A stretch of DNA of 64,000 nucleotides from Candidatus Krumholzibacteriia bacterium (lineage in GTDB: Bacteria; Krumholzibacteriota; Krumholzibacteriia; LZORAL124-64-63). The translations under genes were made by a program, and so were the position numbers. The notes beneath the pieces are model-generated. The model had not been told where the DNA came from. It ran no database searches and worked only from the letters and a program-made list of their open reading frames with translations. Location of the stretch: the NCBI GenBank assembly GCA_030592845.1, contig JAUVII010000003.1:1366-65365 (forward strand), in the 5' to 3' direction. Below are positions 56,202-64,000 of the stretch, one piece after another (position 1 is the first letter of the stretch; each line of letters starts with the position of its first letter).

Positions 56202-57563
56202 TCACTCCTTTTCACCAAAAACATCCGTGTCCGCCGGCACCGTTTCGATTTCCGCCCTTGAAAGCAGAAAATCGTAGGTACGGCGCTCCAGAAGGTCATA
56301 TTCGATGCGTTCCTTTTCTTCGCCACTGTTGACGAATTCCTTATAACGGTCAACATCGAATCCATTTTCCAAGGCCATCTGTTCGATGCGTTCATCGACA
56401 TCTTCGGCCGTAACCTTGATATCTTCCTGCCCGCGCACCGCCTCGAGCAGGAGCATGGCCTTGATGGCCGTTTCGGCATGGGGTTTACCTGCTTCGAGGT
56501 ATTCCTTGTCCTCGTCTTCGGAATCGGGCCGGCCCATCTGGGCGTTCCGCTTGTGCATATCCTCCAGACCCGAGGCCAGATACCGGGAAACCATGGACGG
56601 CGGCAGTGAAACGTCGTGCCGCTTGACAAGTTCCTCCTGAACCTGGCGGTCCATTTCCTGTTCGATGCGTTTGGCGTTTTCCTTCTCCACGTCGGCCCTG
56701 ATATCGCCCCGCAACTCTTCCAGGGTCTTGTCTTCGGCCACGGCGCCGGCGAATTCGTCGTCCAGGTCCGGCAGTTTCTTGGCGGAAACCTCGCGGATCA
56801 GGCACTGGAAAGCCATGCTTCGGCCCTTGAGGGACTCATTGGGATGATCTTCGGGATAATCGACCGTAACGGTCTTTTCCTGTCCGGCCTCGCAGCCCAC
56901 CAATTCTTCATTGAAGGCGGGCATATTGTTGGCCGAGCCGAGGATAAAACGCTGGTCGGGGATCTTGCCGTCTTCGGGGAAATCACCCTCCGGGCCGGCT
57001 GGGACCAGGTCCAGGAGGATCTGGTCATCTTCGGCGGCCGCCCGTTCCACTTTCTCGTATTCCGCCCTGCTTTCCCGCAGACGCTCGAGAATCTGGTCGA
57101 TATCCTCGTCCGTGGTGGTGATTTCGCGGCGTTTGATAGCCAGGGCGTCAATGTCTCCCAGTTCGATCTCGGGACGGACTTCGACCACCAGATCAAACTT
57201 CAAGGGGCCTTCTTCGCCAAAATCCAGGTTCTCGAGGGAAGGGTCGCTGACCGGGGACAGTTTGTGCTCGAGCAGGGCCGACATCCAGGCCTTGGGCACC
57301 AGGGCTTCCACCGTTTCGCTCCTGATCAGGTCACCCATTTCCTTTTCCACGATCGCCCGCGGTGTACGCCCCTTGCGGAAACCGGGCTTTTGATGGGATT
57401 TAGCCGCTTTCTTGAGCCTGTTGGTATATTCCTGGTCGAAATGAGCCCGATCGATGATCGCTTTGACGACGCGCTTCCAGGGCTCGGGAGATTCGATGAC
57501 CGTGCTGATGGGTCCGGAAATGGGTTCAGGTGCCTTGGGTTGTTTTTCGGTCATGGAATTCAT
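56202..57563 (-). CDS. tig: Trigger factor
   Basis: 453 aa. GFRKGRTPRAIVEKEMG signature. In the conserved tig-clpP-clpX-lon order. Confidence 0.9.
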   Translation of the reverse strand: MNSMTEKQPKAPEPISGPISTVIESPEPWKRVVKAIIDRAHFDQEYTNRLKKAAKSHQKPGFRKGRTPRAIVEKEMGDLIRSETVEALVPKAWMSALLEHKLSPVSDPSLENLDFGEEGPLKFDLVVEVRPEIELGDIDALAIKRREITTTDEDIDQILERLRESRAEYEKVERAAAEDDQILLDLVPAGPEGDFPEDGKIPDQRFILGSANNMPAFNEELVGCEAGQEKTVTVDYPEDHPNESLKGRSMAFQCLIREVSAKKLPDLDDEFAGAVAEDKTLEELRGDIRADVEKENAKRIEQEMDRQVQEELVKRHDVSLPPSMVSRYLASGLEDMHKRNAQMGRPDSEDEDKEYLEAGKPHAETAIKAMLLLEAVRGQEDIKVTAEDVDERIEQMALENGFDVDRYKEFVNSGEEKERIEYDLLERRTYDFLLSRAEIETVPADTDVFGEKE

Positions 57564-57591
57564 TCCTCATTTTGGTTGTAACAGATGATGG

Positions 57592-57676
57592 TGGTGCGAG
57601 AGGGGGGACTCGAACCCCCACGGGTTTCCCCACAGGAACCTAAATCCTGCGCGTCTGCCAGTTCCGCCACTCTCGC
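57592..57676 (-). tRNA. tRNA-Leu (anticodon UAG), CCA encoded
   Basis: 85 nt, folded by hand. Acceptor GCGAGAG/CTCTCGC; anticodon stem CAGGA/TCCTG with loop TTTAGGT; long variable arm; T arm GGGGG-TTCGAGT-CCCCC. Confidence 0.95.
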
Positions 57677-57735
57677 CCAACAGATCCTGTCTTCGGTTCG
57701 GCGGCGCCACAGGCTCAGCGGCAATTTGCCGCGCC

Positions 57736-57764
57736 AATATAGCCACCCTCAAAAACCCGGTCAA
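57736..57764 (-). promoter_or_regulatory. sigma70-type promoter for tRNA-Leu (and possibly tig-clpPX-lon)
   Basis: Minus strand reads TTGACC (57764-57759), 17 nt, then TATATT (57741-57736). Confidence 0.6.
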
Positions 57765-57773
57765 GGCTTCGGG

Positions 57774-59171
57774 CTACTGCATTTTCCGGTAGATGGTGCG
57801 CGAGGCGATGCCCAGAATATTGGCGGCCGTCTCCTTGTCCCCACCCGCGCTGTCCAGGGTCGCCTGGATCAGCTGCATCTCGGCATCCCGTAGGGTCGTG
57901 CCCACGGGGATATTGACCACATCGTACCGCTGACGGCCCATAACCACCGAGTTGGGCAGGACGTCCACATCGACCACGGAATCCTTGCTCAGCACAACCG
58001 CCCGTTCGATGGCGTTTTCAAGCTCCCGGACATTTCCCGGCCAGGCGTATTTCGCCATCACTTCAAGGGCGCCCGGAGTGAAACCAGCCAACTGTTTGCC
58101 GTTTTTCTCATTGTATTTCTGAAGGAAAAAATTGGACAGCAGGACCACATCCTCCCCCCGGCTGCGAAGGGACGGAAGTTCCAGATTGATGACGTTCAGG
58201 CGGTAGAAAAGATCCTCCCTGAAGCTCCCTTCAGCCACCATGACCGGCAGATCCGAATTGGTGGCGGCGATGATCCTGACATCGACGGGGATGGGCTCGT
58301 TCCCCCCCAACCTCTCGATGACGTTTTCCTGCAGGACACGCAGGAGTTTCACCTGGGTTGTCTGGGACATCTCTCCAACTTCGTCGAGGAACAGGGTCCC
58401 CCGGTTGGCGGCTTCGAAGCGGCCCTTCCGACGGGCCACCGCCCCGGTGAAGGCCCCCTTTTCGTAGCCGAACAGCTCCGCTTCCAGCAGGTTCTCGGGC
58501 AGGGCCGCGCAACTGACGCGCACCATTGTCCTCTTGGCGCGATCGCTCCACCCGTGAATGGCCGTAGCAAAAACCTCCTTCCCCGTCCCGCTCTCCCCGG
58601 TCAGCAGGATGGTCGCGCTGCTGCCGGCAACCTGACGGGCGGTGTCGATGGCCTGGCGCATGACATCGCTGTTCCCGATGATCTCGTTCACGCCCTGGAT
58701 TTCCGCCAGGCGTTTGCGCAGGTCGCGGTTTTCGGCAATGAGATGCTGCTTTTCCAGGGCCTTGCGAACGACCTTCAGCGTCGTATTGATGGAAAACGGT
58801 TTTTCGATGAAATCGTAGGCCCCGGCCCGCATGGCGCCCACCGCGGTTTCGATGGTGCCGTGTCCGGTGATGATGACGAATTCGGTATTCGGCGCCACGA
58901 CCTGGGCGGCCTTCAGCAAGTCCAGCCCCCCCATCCTGGGCATTTGCAGATCCGAAAGCACCAGGTGGATTTCTTCGCGCCGCAGGATGGCCAGTCCCTC
59001 TTCCCCATTGCCGGCGGTCAGCACATGGTACCCGTTTCGTCCCAGCAATTTGCTCAGGGCGCGGCTGAGTTCCGGCTCGTCGTCCACCACCAGAATTGTG
59101 GCATCGTGCTCAGGTTCGGGAATCGAAGTCCTCCCCGGTCCCTGACCTTGCAGGTCGGCGTTGTTGTTCAT
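57774..59171 (-). CDS. NtrC-family sigma54-dependent response regulator (REC-AAA+-HTH)
   Basis: ORF 57774..59246 begins at a TTG inside a TTGACA box, so I trimmed it to ATG 59171 (MNNNADLQ..). ILVVDDE..; GESGTGKE; ELFGYEKGAFTGA; C-terminal GDKETAANILGIASRTIYRKMQ. Confidence 0.9.
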   Translation of the reverse strand: MNNNADLQGQGPGRTSIPEPEHDATILVVDDEPELSRALSKLLGRNGYHVLTAGNGEEGLAILRREEIHLVLSDLQMPRMGGLDLLKAAQVVAPNTEFVIITGHGTIETAVGAMRAGAYDFIEKPFSINTTLKVVRKALEKQHLIAENRDLRKRLAEIQGVNEIIGNSDVMRQAIDTARQVAGSSATILLTGESGTGKEVFATAIHGWSDRAKRTMVRVSCAALPENLLEAELFGYEKGAFTGAVARRKGRFEAANRGTLFLDEVGEMSQTTQVKLLRVLQENVIERLGGNEPIPVDVRIIAATNSDLPVMVAEGSFREDLFYRLNVINLELPSLRSRGEDVVLLSNFFLQKYNEKNGKQLAGFTPGALEVMAKYAWPGNVRELENAIERAVVLSKDSVVDVDVLPNSVVMGRQRYDVVNIPVGTTLRDAEMQLIQATLDSAGGDKETAANILGIASRTIYRKMQ

Positions 59172-59308
59172 CTGGTCCAAAATCCCCTGGAAGGGTCCGG
59201 AAAGTTCCGGACGGAAAGGTCGATGGTCGAGGAGACAAATTGTCAACGATATGACTAAATGTCAACAGGCAATGGAAAAACAGGGTTTCACCGGGTTCCC
59301 CCGGGCCT

Positions 59309-60634
59309 TCAGGCGGGTAATCCGCCCGGGAAAAGCCTTCCGAAAAGGCCCCGCTGATGGGCGGCCTGCAGAAGCGCCTCCCTGAACGAGGGATGGGCGA
59401 TCCGGATCAGGGCCTCCGCTCGCTGACGAACGTTGCGACCAAGCATGTGAGCCACCCCGTACTCGGTGACCACCACGTGCACATCGGCCCTGGTCAGGAC
59501 CACGCCGGCACCCTGATCCAGGTTGGGAATGATCCGCGAAAGGTTTCCTCCGGATGTGACCGAGGGCAGGGCGATAATGGGCAGGCCGCCCTTGGCCATG
59601 GCGGCTCCCCGCATGAAATCGGCCTGACCTCCGAACCCGCTGTAGATTTTTTCCCCGATGGAATCGGAACAGACCTGACCGGTCAGGTCGACCTGGATGG
59701 CGCTGTTGACCGCCACCATGTTGTCGTTTTTGGCGATGTTGCCCGGGTGATTCACGTAATCGGTGGGGTGAAATTCGATGAGGGCGTTGTCATGGGCGAA
59801 ATCGTAGACTTCGCGTGTTCCCATGATGAACCCCGCCACGACTTTTCCCGGATGGAAGGTCTTTCGTTCCCCCGTGACCACTCCGCTGTCCACCAGATGC
59901 GGCAATGCTTCGGTGAACATTTCCGTATGGACCCCCAGGTCCCGGCGGTCCCCCAGGTAATCCAGCACCGCGTTGGGGATTGAACCGAGGCCCAACTGCA
60001 GGCAGGCTCCGTCCTGGATCAGGCCGGCCACATTGGCGCCGATTTTTTTCTCCACCTCGGAGGGGGGTTCCGGCCGGAATTCATCAAGATCCCGGTCGAC
60101 CTCCACGAAGGAATGAATTTTGGAAACGTGGATGAAGCTGTCGCCGAGGGTGCGCGGCATCTGGCGGTTGACTTCCGCCACTATCACCTTCGCGCACAGG
60201 GCGGCGGGTTTGGTCACCCCGACCTCGATGCCGAAGCTGCAGAAACCGTGTTCATCGGGTGGGCTGACCACCACGAAGGCGCAGTCCAGCGGAATGACCC
60301 CCCGACGAAAGAGCCGGGGCATTTCATGGAGATGGACGGGAACGTAATCCGCGCGGCCCTCGTTGACGGCGTCACGGGTATTGGCCCCCACAAAACAATC
60401 ATTCAGGCGGAAGTGGCCCTTCATGTCGCCGGCGATATAGGGAGCATCTCCCAGGGTCAGATGATGGATGATTTCAACGTCCTGCAAATCCTCGGCCCTG
60501 CCGACCAGGGCGGTTATCAGGGCGTGAGGAGCGGCGCAACCGGAACCCAGGTAGATCTTGTTACCCGATACAACGATCCGGACGGCTTCATCAGCGCTCT
60601 TGAGCCGGGATCTGTACAGGGTCATCCAGCTCAT
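59309..60634 (-). CDS. Acetyl-CoA hydrolase/transferase-family CoA-transferase (4-hydroxybutyrate/succinate CoA-transferase-like)
   Basis: 441 aa. Family-typical N-terminus ..SADEAVRIVVSGNKIYLGSGCAAPHAL; GFGGQADF motif. Confidence 0.8.
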   Translation of the reverse strand: MSWMTLYRSRLKSADEAVRIVVSGNKIYLGSGCAAPHALITALVGRAEDLQDVEIIHHLTLGDAPYIAGDMKGHFRLNDCFVGANTRDAVNEGRADYVPVHLHEMPRLFRRGVIPLDCAFVVVSPPDEHGFCSFGIEVGVTKPAALCAKVIVAEVNRQMPRTLGDSFIHVSKIHSFVEVDRDLDEFRPEPPSEVEKKIGANVAGLIQDGACLQLGLGSIPNAVLDYLGDRRDLGVHTEMFTEALPHLVDSGVVTGERKTFHPGKVVAGFIMGTREVYDFAHDNALIEFHPTDYVNHPGNIAKNDNMVAVNSAIQVDLTGQVCSDSIGEKIYSGFGGQADFMRGAAMAKGGLPIIALPSVTSGGNLSRIIPNLDQGAGVVLTRADVHVVVTEYGVAHMLGRNVRQRAEALIRIAHPSFREALLQAAHQRGLFGRLFPGGLPA

Positions 60635-61761
60635 GAGCCGACCCCGCCGCAGGCTTCGGTCACGGTCACCGGGTCACACCCACGGACAGCGGCCAGACCG
60701 GCGTGGGTCACTTGCCCGCCCAGGACATTGACGCCGCGGGCAAGAGTGGGGTCGGCCGCCAAAACCTCGGCCAGGGGAGCCGAGGCGACTTCCGAAACGT
60801 AGGGCAGGATCGCGTTGGTCAGGGCGTAGGTCGCGGACCGGGCCACCAGGCTCGGCAGATTGGGTACGCAATAATGGGTGATGCCGTCCACGACATAGGT
60901 AGGATCGGAAAGGCGGGTCGGCCGGCTGGTTTCGAAGCAGCCTCCCTGGTCAACGGAAATATCGATGATCAGGCTTTTGTCCCGCAGTAGCCCCACCATT
61001 TCCTTGGTCACCAGGTGGGGCGTCCGGGCCCCGGGAATGAGGATTGCTCCCACCACGACGTTGGCGTAGGCCAGAACCTTGCGCAGAGTCGCCTCGTTGG
61101 CCTGGAAAGTCGTCACCTGACCGGGAAAGGTCCAATCGATGTCGGAAATCCTGTCGAAATCGCTGTCCAGGAGAGTGACCCGGGCCCCGGCGCCGATGCA
61201 GGCCCGGACCGCGTTCCGGCCCACGGTTCCCGCCCCGATGACCACAACCTCGGCAGGCGGCACCGCCGGAGCACCACCCAGGAGGATGCCCTGCCCGCCC
61301 TGGTCGGTCTGCAAAAAACGGGAGGCGATCTGGGGAACCATCCGGCCGGCGATCTGGGACAACGGACGCAGCACCGGCAGGTTGCCCTTCTCATCCTGAA
61401 TGGTCACGAAATCGATGGCGGTGCATTCCCTCTCCAGCAGGATATCCACCAGGCGGGGATCGGCCACGGCCAGATGCATCACGGACATGAGTATCTGTCC
61501 GGAACGGATCAGCGGATATTCCTCGGGGACGGGTTGGTTGACCTTAACCACGATGTCGGCCCGGCCGTAGAGTTCCTCGAGCGAATGCACGATACGGGCG
61601 CCGGCGGTTTCGTACTGGTCGTCGGTGAAACCGGATCCGGCTCCGGCTCCCCGTTCAACGATGACTTCACTGCCGCGGTCAAAAAGGTTGGCCACCGCGC
61701 GCGGCGGCAGCCCAACCCGGAACTCATCCACCACACGGGAGCGCGGAATGCCAATGATCAT
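60631..61761 (-). CDS. Alanine dehydrogenase-family NAD(P) oxidoreductase (atypical KVNQP in place of KVKEP)
   Basis: 376 aa. MIIGIPRSRVVDEFRVGLPP; VVIGAGTVGRNA Rossmann motif; IDISVDQGG. Aligns by eye along the whole length of Ald. Confidence 0.75.
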   Translation of the reverse strand: MIIGIPRSRVVDEFRVGLPPRAVANLFDRGSEVIVERGAGAGSGFTDDQYETAGARIVHSLEELYGRADIVVKVNQPVPEEYPLIRSGQILMSVMHLAVADPRLVDILLERECTAIDFVTIQDEKGNLPVLRPLSQIAGRMVPQIASRFLQTDQGGQGILLGGAPAVPPAEVVVIGAGTVGRNAVRACIGAGARVTLLDSDFDRISDIDWTFPGQVTTFQANEATLRKVLAYANVVVGAILIPGARTPHLVTKEMVGLLRDKSLIIDISVDQGGCFETSRPTRLSDPTYVVDGITHYCVPNLPSLVARSATYALTNAILPYVSEVASAPLAEVLAADPTLARGVNVLGGQVTHAGLAAVRGCDPVTVTEACGGVGS

Positions 61762-61787
61762 GATTCCTCCACCGGCAGACCGGCCGC

Positions 61788-63206
61788 CTAGGAGTTCTTG
61801 ACGAAGTCGTAACCCCGGCGGAAGGCCTCCATGTTCATATCGATGAGACTCTTCTTCTTGATAATGGCCCGCAGCGTCGACTCGCAGAATTCCGGCGTGA
61901 AGGCATCGGTGGCCGCGACCAGGGCACCGAGAATCACGACATTGGCCACCTTGGGAGTGCCCACCTCGTCGGCGATGTCGCTGGCGGGGATCGTCACCAC
62001 GTTCAACCGTTTGGTGTCCGCGGTTCCCTCCACCACCGTGGAGTCGATGATGATGGTTCCCCCATCCACCACATCCTTTTCGAACAAATCAAGCGAGGGC
62101 TGGTTCATGACCACCAGAACATTGGGATGATCCACCAGGGGTGTCCCGATACGGTTGGTGGACAGGTTGACCGAGCAGTTGGCCGTCCCGCCGCGCATTT
62201 CCGGACCGTAGGCCGGGAACCAGCTGACATGGTGGCCGCCGCGCATGCCTATCTGTGACAGGAACAGTCCCAGGGTCAGGATACCCTGGCCGCCGAAACC
62301 GGCGAACTTGCAGTTCAAATCCTTGGGCAGAACAGTCGGTTCCACTTCGCCGACAGCGCTCTTCATCCGGTCCAGGTAAACGTCAACCTTGTCCTTGTCG
62401 AAAGGCTCGAAGTGGCGTTTCCAGGAATCATCGTCCAGATTGTCGCCCTCATCCTTGAACACGCCCAGGGGGAAGACCTTGAGCATGTCATTGACCAGCC
62501 AGTCACGGGAGGCCACCGGATCCATCTTCCAGCCGGTGGGGCACGCCGAAACGATCTCCACGAAACTGTACCCCTTGCCCTCGGCCTGAATGCGCAGGGC
62601 TTTCTTGATGGCCTTGCGGGCCTTCATGATGTGCTTGCTGTGGCCGATGGCCACCCGTTCGATATAGGTCGGGGCGGGCAGGGTCGCCAGCATTTCGCAC
62701 ATGCGAATGGGGTTGCCGTGGATATCCGCTTTGCGACCCAGGGGCGTGGTGGCCGACCGCTGGCCGATCATGGTCGTGGGCGCCATCTGCCCGCCGGTCA
62801 TGCCGTAGATCGCGTTGTTCACGAAAAACACCGTGATGTTTTCTCCGCGGTTGGCGGCGTGGATCGTCTCGGCGGTACCGATGGCGGCCAGGTCGCCGTC
62901 CCCCTGGTAGGAGATGACGATGGCATCGGGATTGGTCCGTTTGACGGCGGTTGCCACCGCGGCGGCCCGGCCGTGGGCGGCCTGGAAATTGCCGCAATCG
63001 AAGTAGTAATACCCGAACACCGAACAACCGACCGGGGACACGAAGACGGTCCGCTTGGTCAGGCCCAGTTCCTCCATCGATTCGGCGATCATCTTGTGGA
63101 CGTTGCCGTGGCCGCAGCCGGGGCAATAGTGGGTGGCCTCCTTGGCCGGTCCGCTTTTCCGTTCGAAGACCTGGTAGAAGCCGTTGGATTTTTCGAAGGT
63201 TTTCAT
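61788..63206 (-). CDS. 2-oxoacid:ferredoxin oxidoreductase, fused beta (TPP-binding) and gamma subunits
   Basis: ORF trimmed to ATG 63206 (MKTFEKS..THYCPGCGHG). GDGD..IG TPP motif. The C-terminal third, FAGFGGQGILTLG..GPEMRGG, is gamma-like. Confidence 0.8.
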   Translation of the reverse strand: MKTFEKSNGFYQVFERKSGPAKEATHYCPGCGHGNVHKMIAESMEELGLTKRTVFVSPVGCSVFGYYYFDCGNFQAAHGRAAAVATAVKRTNPDAIVISYQGDGDLAAIGTAETIHAANRGENITVFFVNNAIYGMTGGQMAPTTMIGQRSATTPLGRKADIHGNPIRMCEMLATLPAPTYIERVAIGHSKHIMKARKAIKKALRIQAEGKGYSFVEIVSACPTGWKMDPVASRDWLVNDMLKVFPLGVFKDEGDNLDDDSWKRHFEPFDKDKVDVYLDRMKSAVGEVEPTVLPKDLNCKFAGFGGQGILTLGLFLSQIGMRGGHHVSWFPAYGPEMRGGTANCSVNLSTNRIGTPLVDHPNVLVVMNQPSLDLFEKDVVDGGTIIIDSTVVEGTADTKRLNVVTIPASDIADEVGTPKVANVVILGALVAATDAFTPEFCESTLRAIIKKKSLIDMNMEAFRRGYDFVKNS

Positions 63207-64000
63207 GACTGCGTGACTCCTTCCATGATCTTGGTGAACTCGTCCAGAAGTTCTTTGCTTCCGGGAACGACTCCGCCGCAGCGTCCGTAGAAATGAACGG
63301 GAACCTTGCCGTTCACCGCCAGTTGCACGTCTTCGACCATCTGTCCGGTGGAGAGTTCCACGGCCAGGAATTGGCTTGCCGTACCGGCCAGTCTGGCGAT
63401 GACCTCGGTCGGGAACGGCCACAGGGTAATGGGCCGCAGGAGCCCGACCTTGAGCCCCTGCTTGCGGGCCATGTCCACGGTGGAGTAGACGATCCTGCTG
63501 ACGACGCCGTAAGCCACGACTATGAGGTCGGCGTCCTCGGTTTTGTACTCCTCGAAAATCACCTCGTTGGCCATGATTTCCTTGTATTTGGCATCGAGTT
63601 TCAGGTTGTGGTCTTCCAGATCATGGGGATCCAGAACGATGGAGCTGACCAGGTTGCCGGAGGTTTCGGGCTCGCCGGTGACACTCCATTCCGAATGGTC
63701 GGGCAGGTCGGTAACGCCCTTGGGGATATCCACGACTTCCATCATCTGGCCGGTGATGCCGTCGGCCATGATGCAGGCCGGGTTGCGGTACTTGTCCGCC
63801 AGTTCGAAGGCCTTCATGGTCAGGTCGCACATCTCCTGGGCTCCGTTGGGAGCCAGGGCTATCAATCTGTAATTGCCGTGGCCGCCGCCCTTGGTGATCT
63901 GAAAATAATCGGCCTGCTCGGGAGCGATGTTGCCCAGTCCCGGACCACCGCGAACGATATTGACCACGACGCAGGGCAGTTCCGCGCCCGCGCAGTAGCT
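63203..64000 (-). CDS. 2-oxoacid:ferredoxin oxidoreductase alpha subunit (5' end beyond the window)
   Basis: Frame is open to the right edge. ..VNIVRGGPGLGNIAPEQADY..; ATGA overlap with the beta/gamma gene. Confidence 0.75.
   Translation of the reverse strand, partial: SYCAGAELPCVVVNIVRGGPGLGNIAPEQADYFQITKGGGHGNYRLIALAPNGAQEMCDLTMKAFELADKYRNPACIMADGITGQMMEVVDIPKGVTDLPDHSEWSVTGEPETSGNLVSSIVLDPHDLEDHNLKLDAKYKEIMANEVIFEEYKTEDADLIVVAYGVVSRIVYSTVDMARKQGLKVGLLRPITLWPFPTEVIARLAGTASQFLAVELSTGQMVEDVQLAVNGKVPVHFYGRCGGVVPGSKELLDEFTKIMEGVTQS

Overview
Gene-dense chromosomal window of about 60% GC, with roughly 50 CDS and 2 tRNAs. All protein family names come from motif recognition by eye; I ran no database search. 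A T9SS-type C-terminal sorting tail and a PorV/PorQ-like porin suggest an FCB-superphylum-like Gram-negative. The promoters I can read are nevertheless classical TTGACA-N17-TATAAT. Layout: (1) 1-13.9 kb is an accessory-looking minus-strand block. It holds a PorV-like porin, a 1152-aa M6/InhA-like T9SS cargo whose HExxH reads FEVGL, and a secreted DUF4384-like protein with an aromatic-rich segment and a ~300-aa basic Ser/Gly/Arg tail. It also holds a frameshifted FN3 lipoprotein, a 0.9-kb ORF-free AT-rich structured island, a giant TPR-GAF-AAA+ sigma54 activator, a small acidic secreted protein and an orphan NtrC-type regulator. (2) 14-26.7 kb is housekeeping: rlmN, Rrf2, mutY, acyl-CoA ligase, CDF, M28-PDZ peptidase, B3/4, rfbB, BtpA, tdk, HDOD, queD. 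(3) 26.7-35.3 kb is a six-gene MoxR/DUF58/VWA Bat-type operon with BatB-BatC and BatD-BatE fusions. (4) 35.5-48.9 kb holds a DUF507 pair, GT4, aldolase, a TolB-like/TonB-C/TPR trio, an S1-domain protein, cysteine desulfurase, nadA, a lipoprotein and pepF. (5) 49-57.7 kb holds tRNA-Lys, purA, a small CXXCH protein, then engB-lon-clpX-clpP-tig-tRNA-Leu. (6) 57.8-64 kb holds a second NtrC regulator and a CoA-transferase / Ald-like / 2-oxoacid:ferredoxin oxidoreductase operon. The best candidate for something undescribed is the sigma54-wired surface module at 5-14 kb. It has a near-consensus -24/-12 promoter, an upstream palindrome and an adjacent structured non-coding island. No CRISPR array, transposase, integrase, reverse transcriptase or recognisable defence genes were seen.
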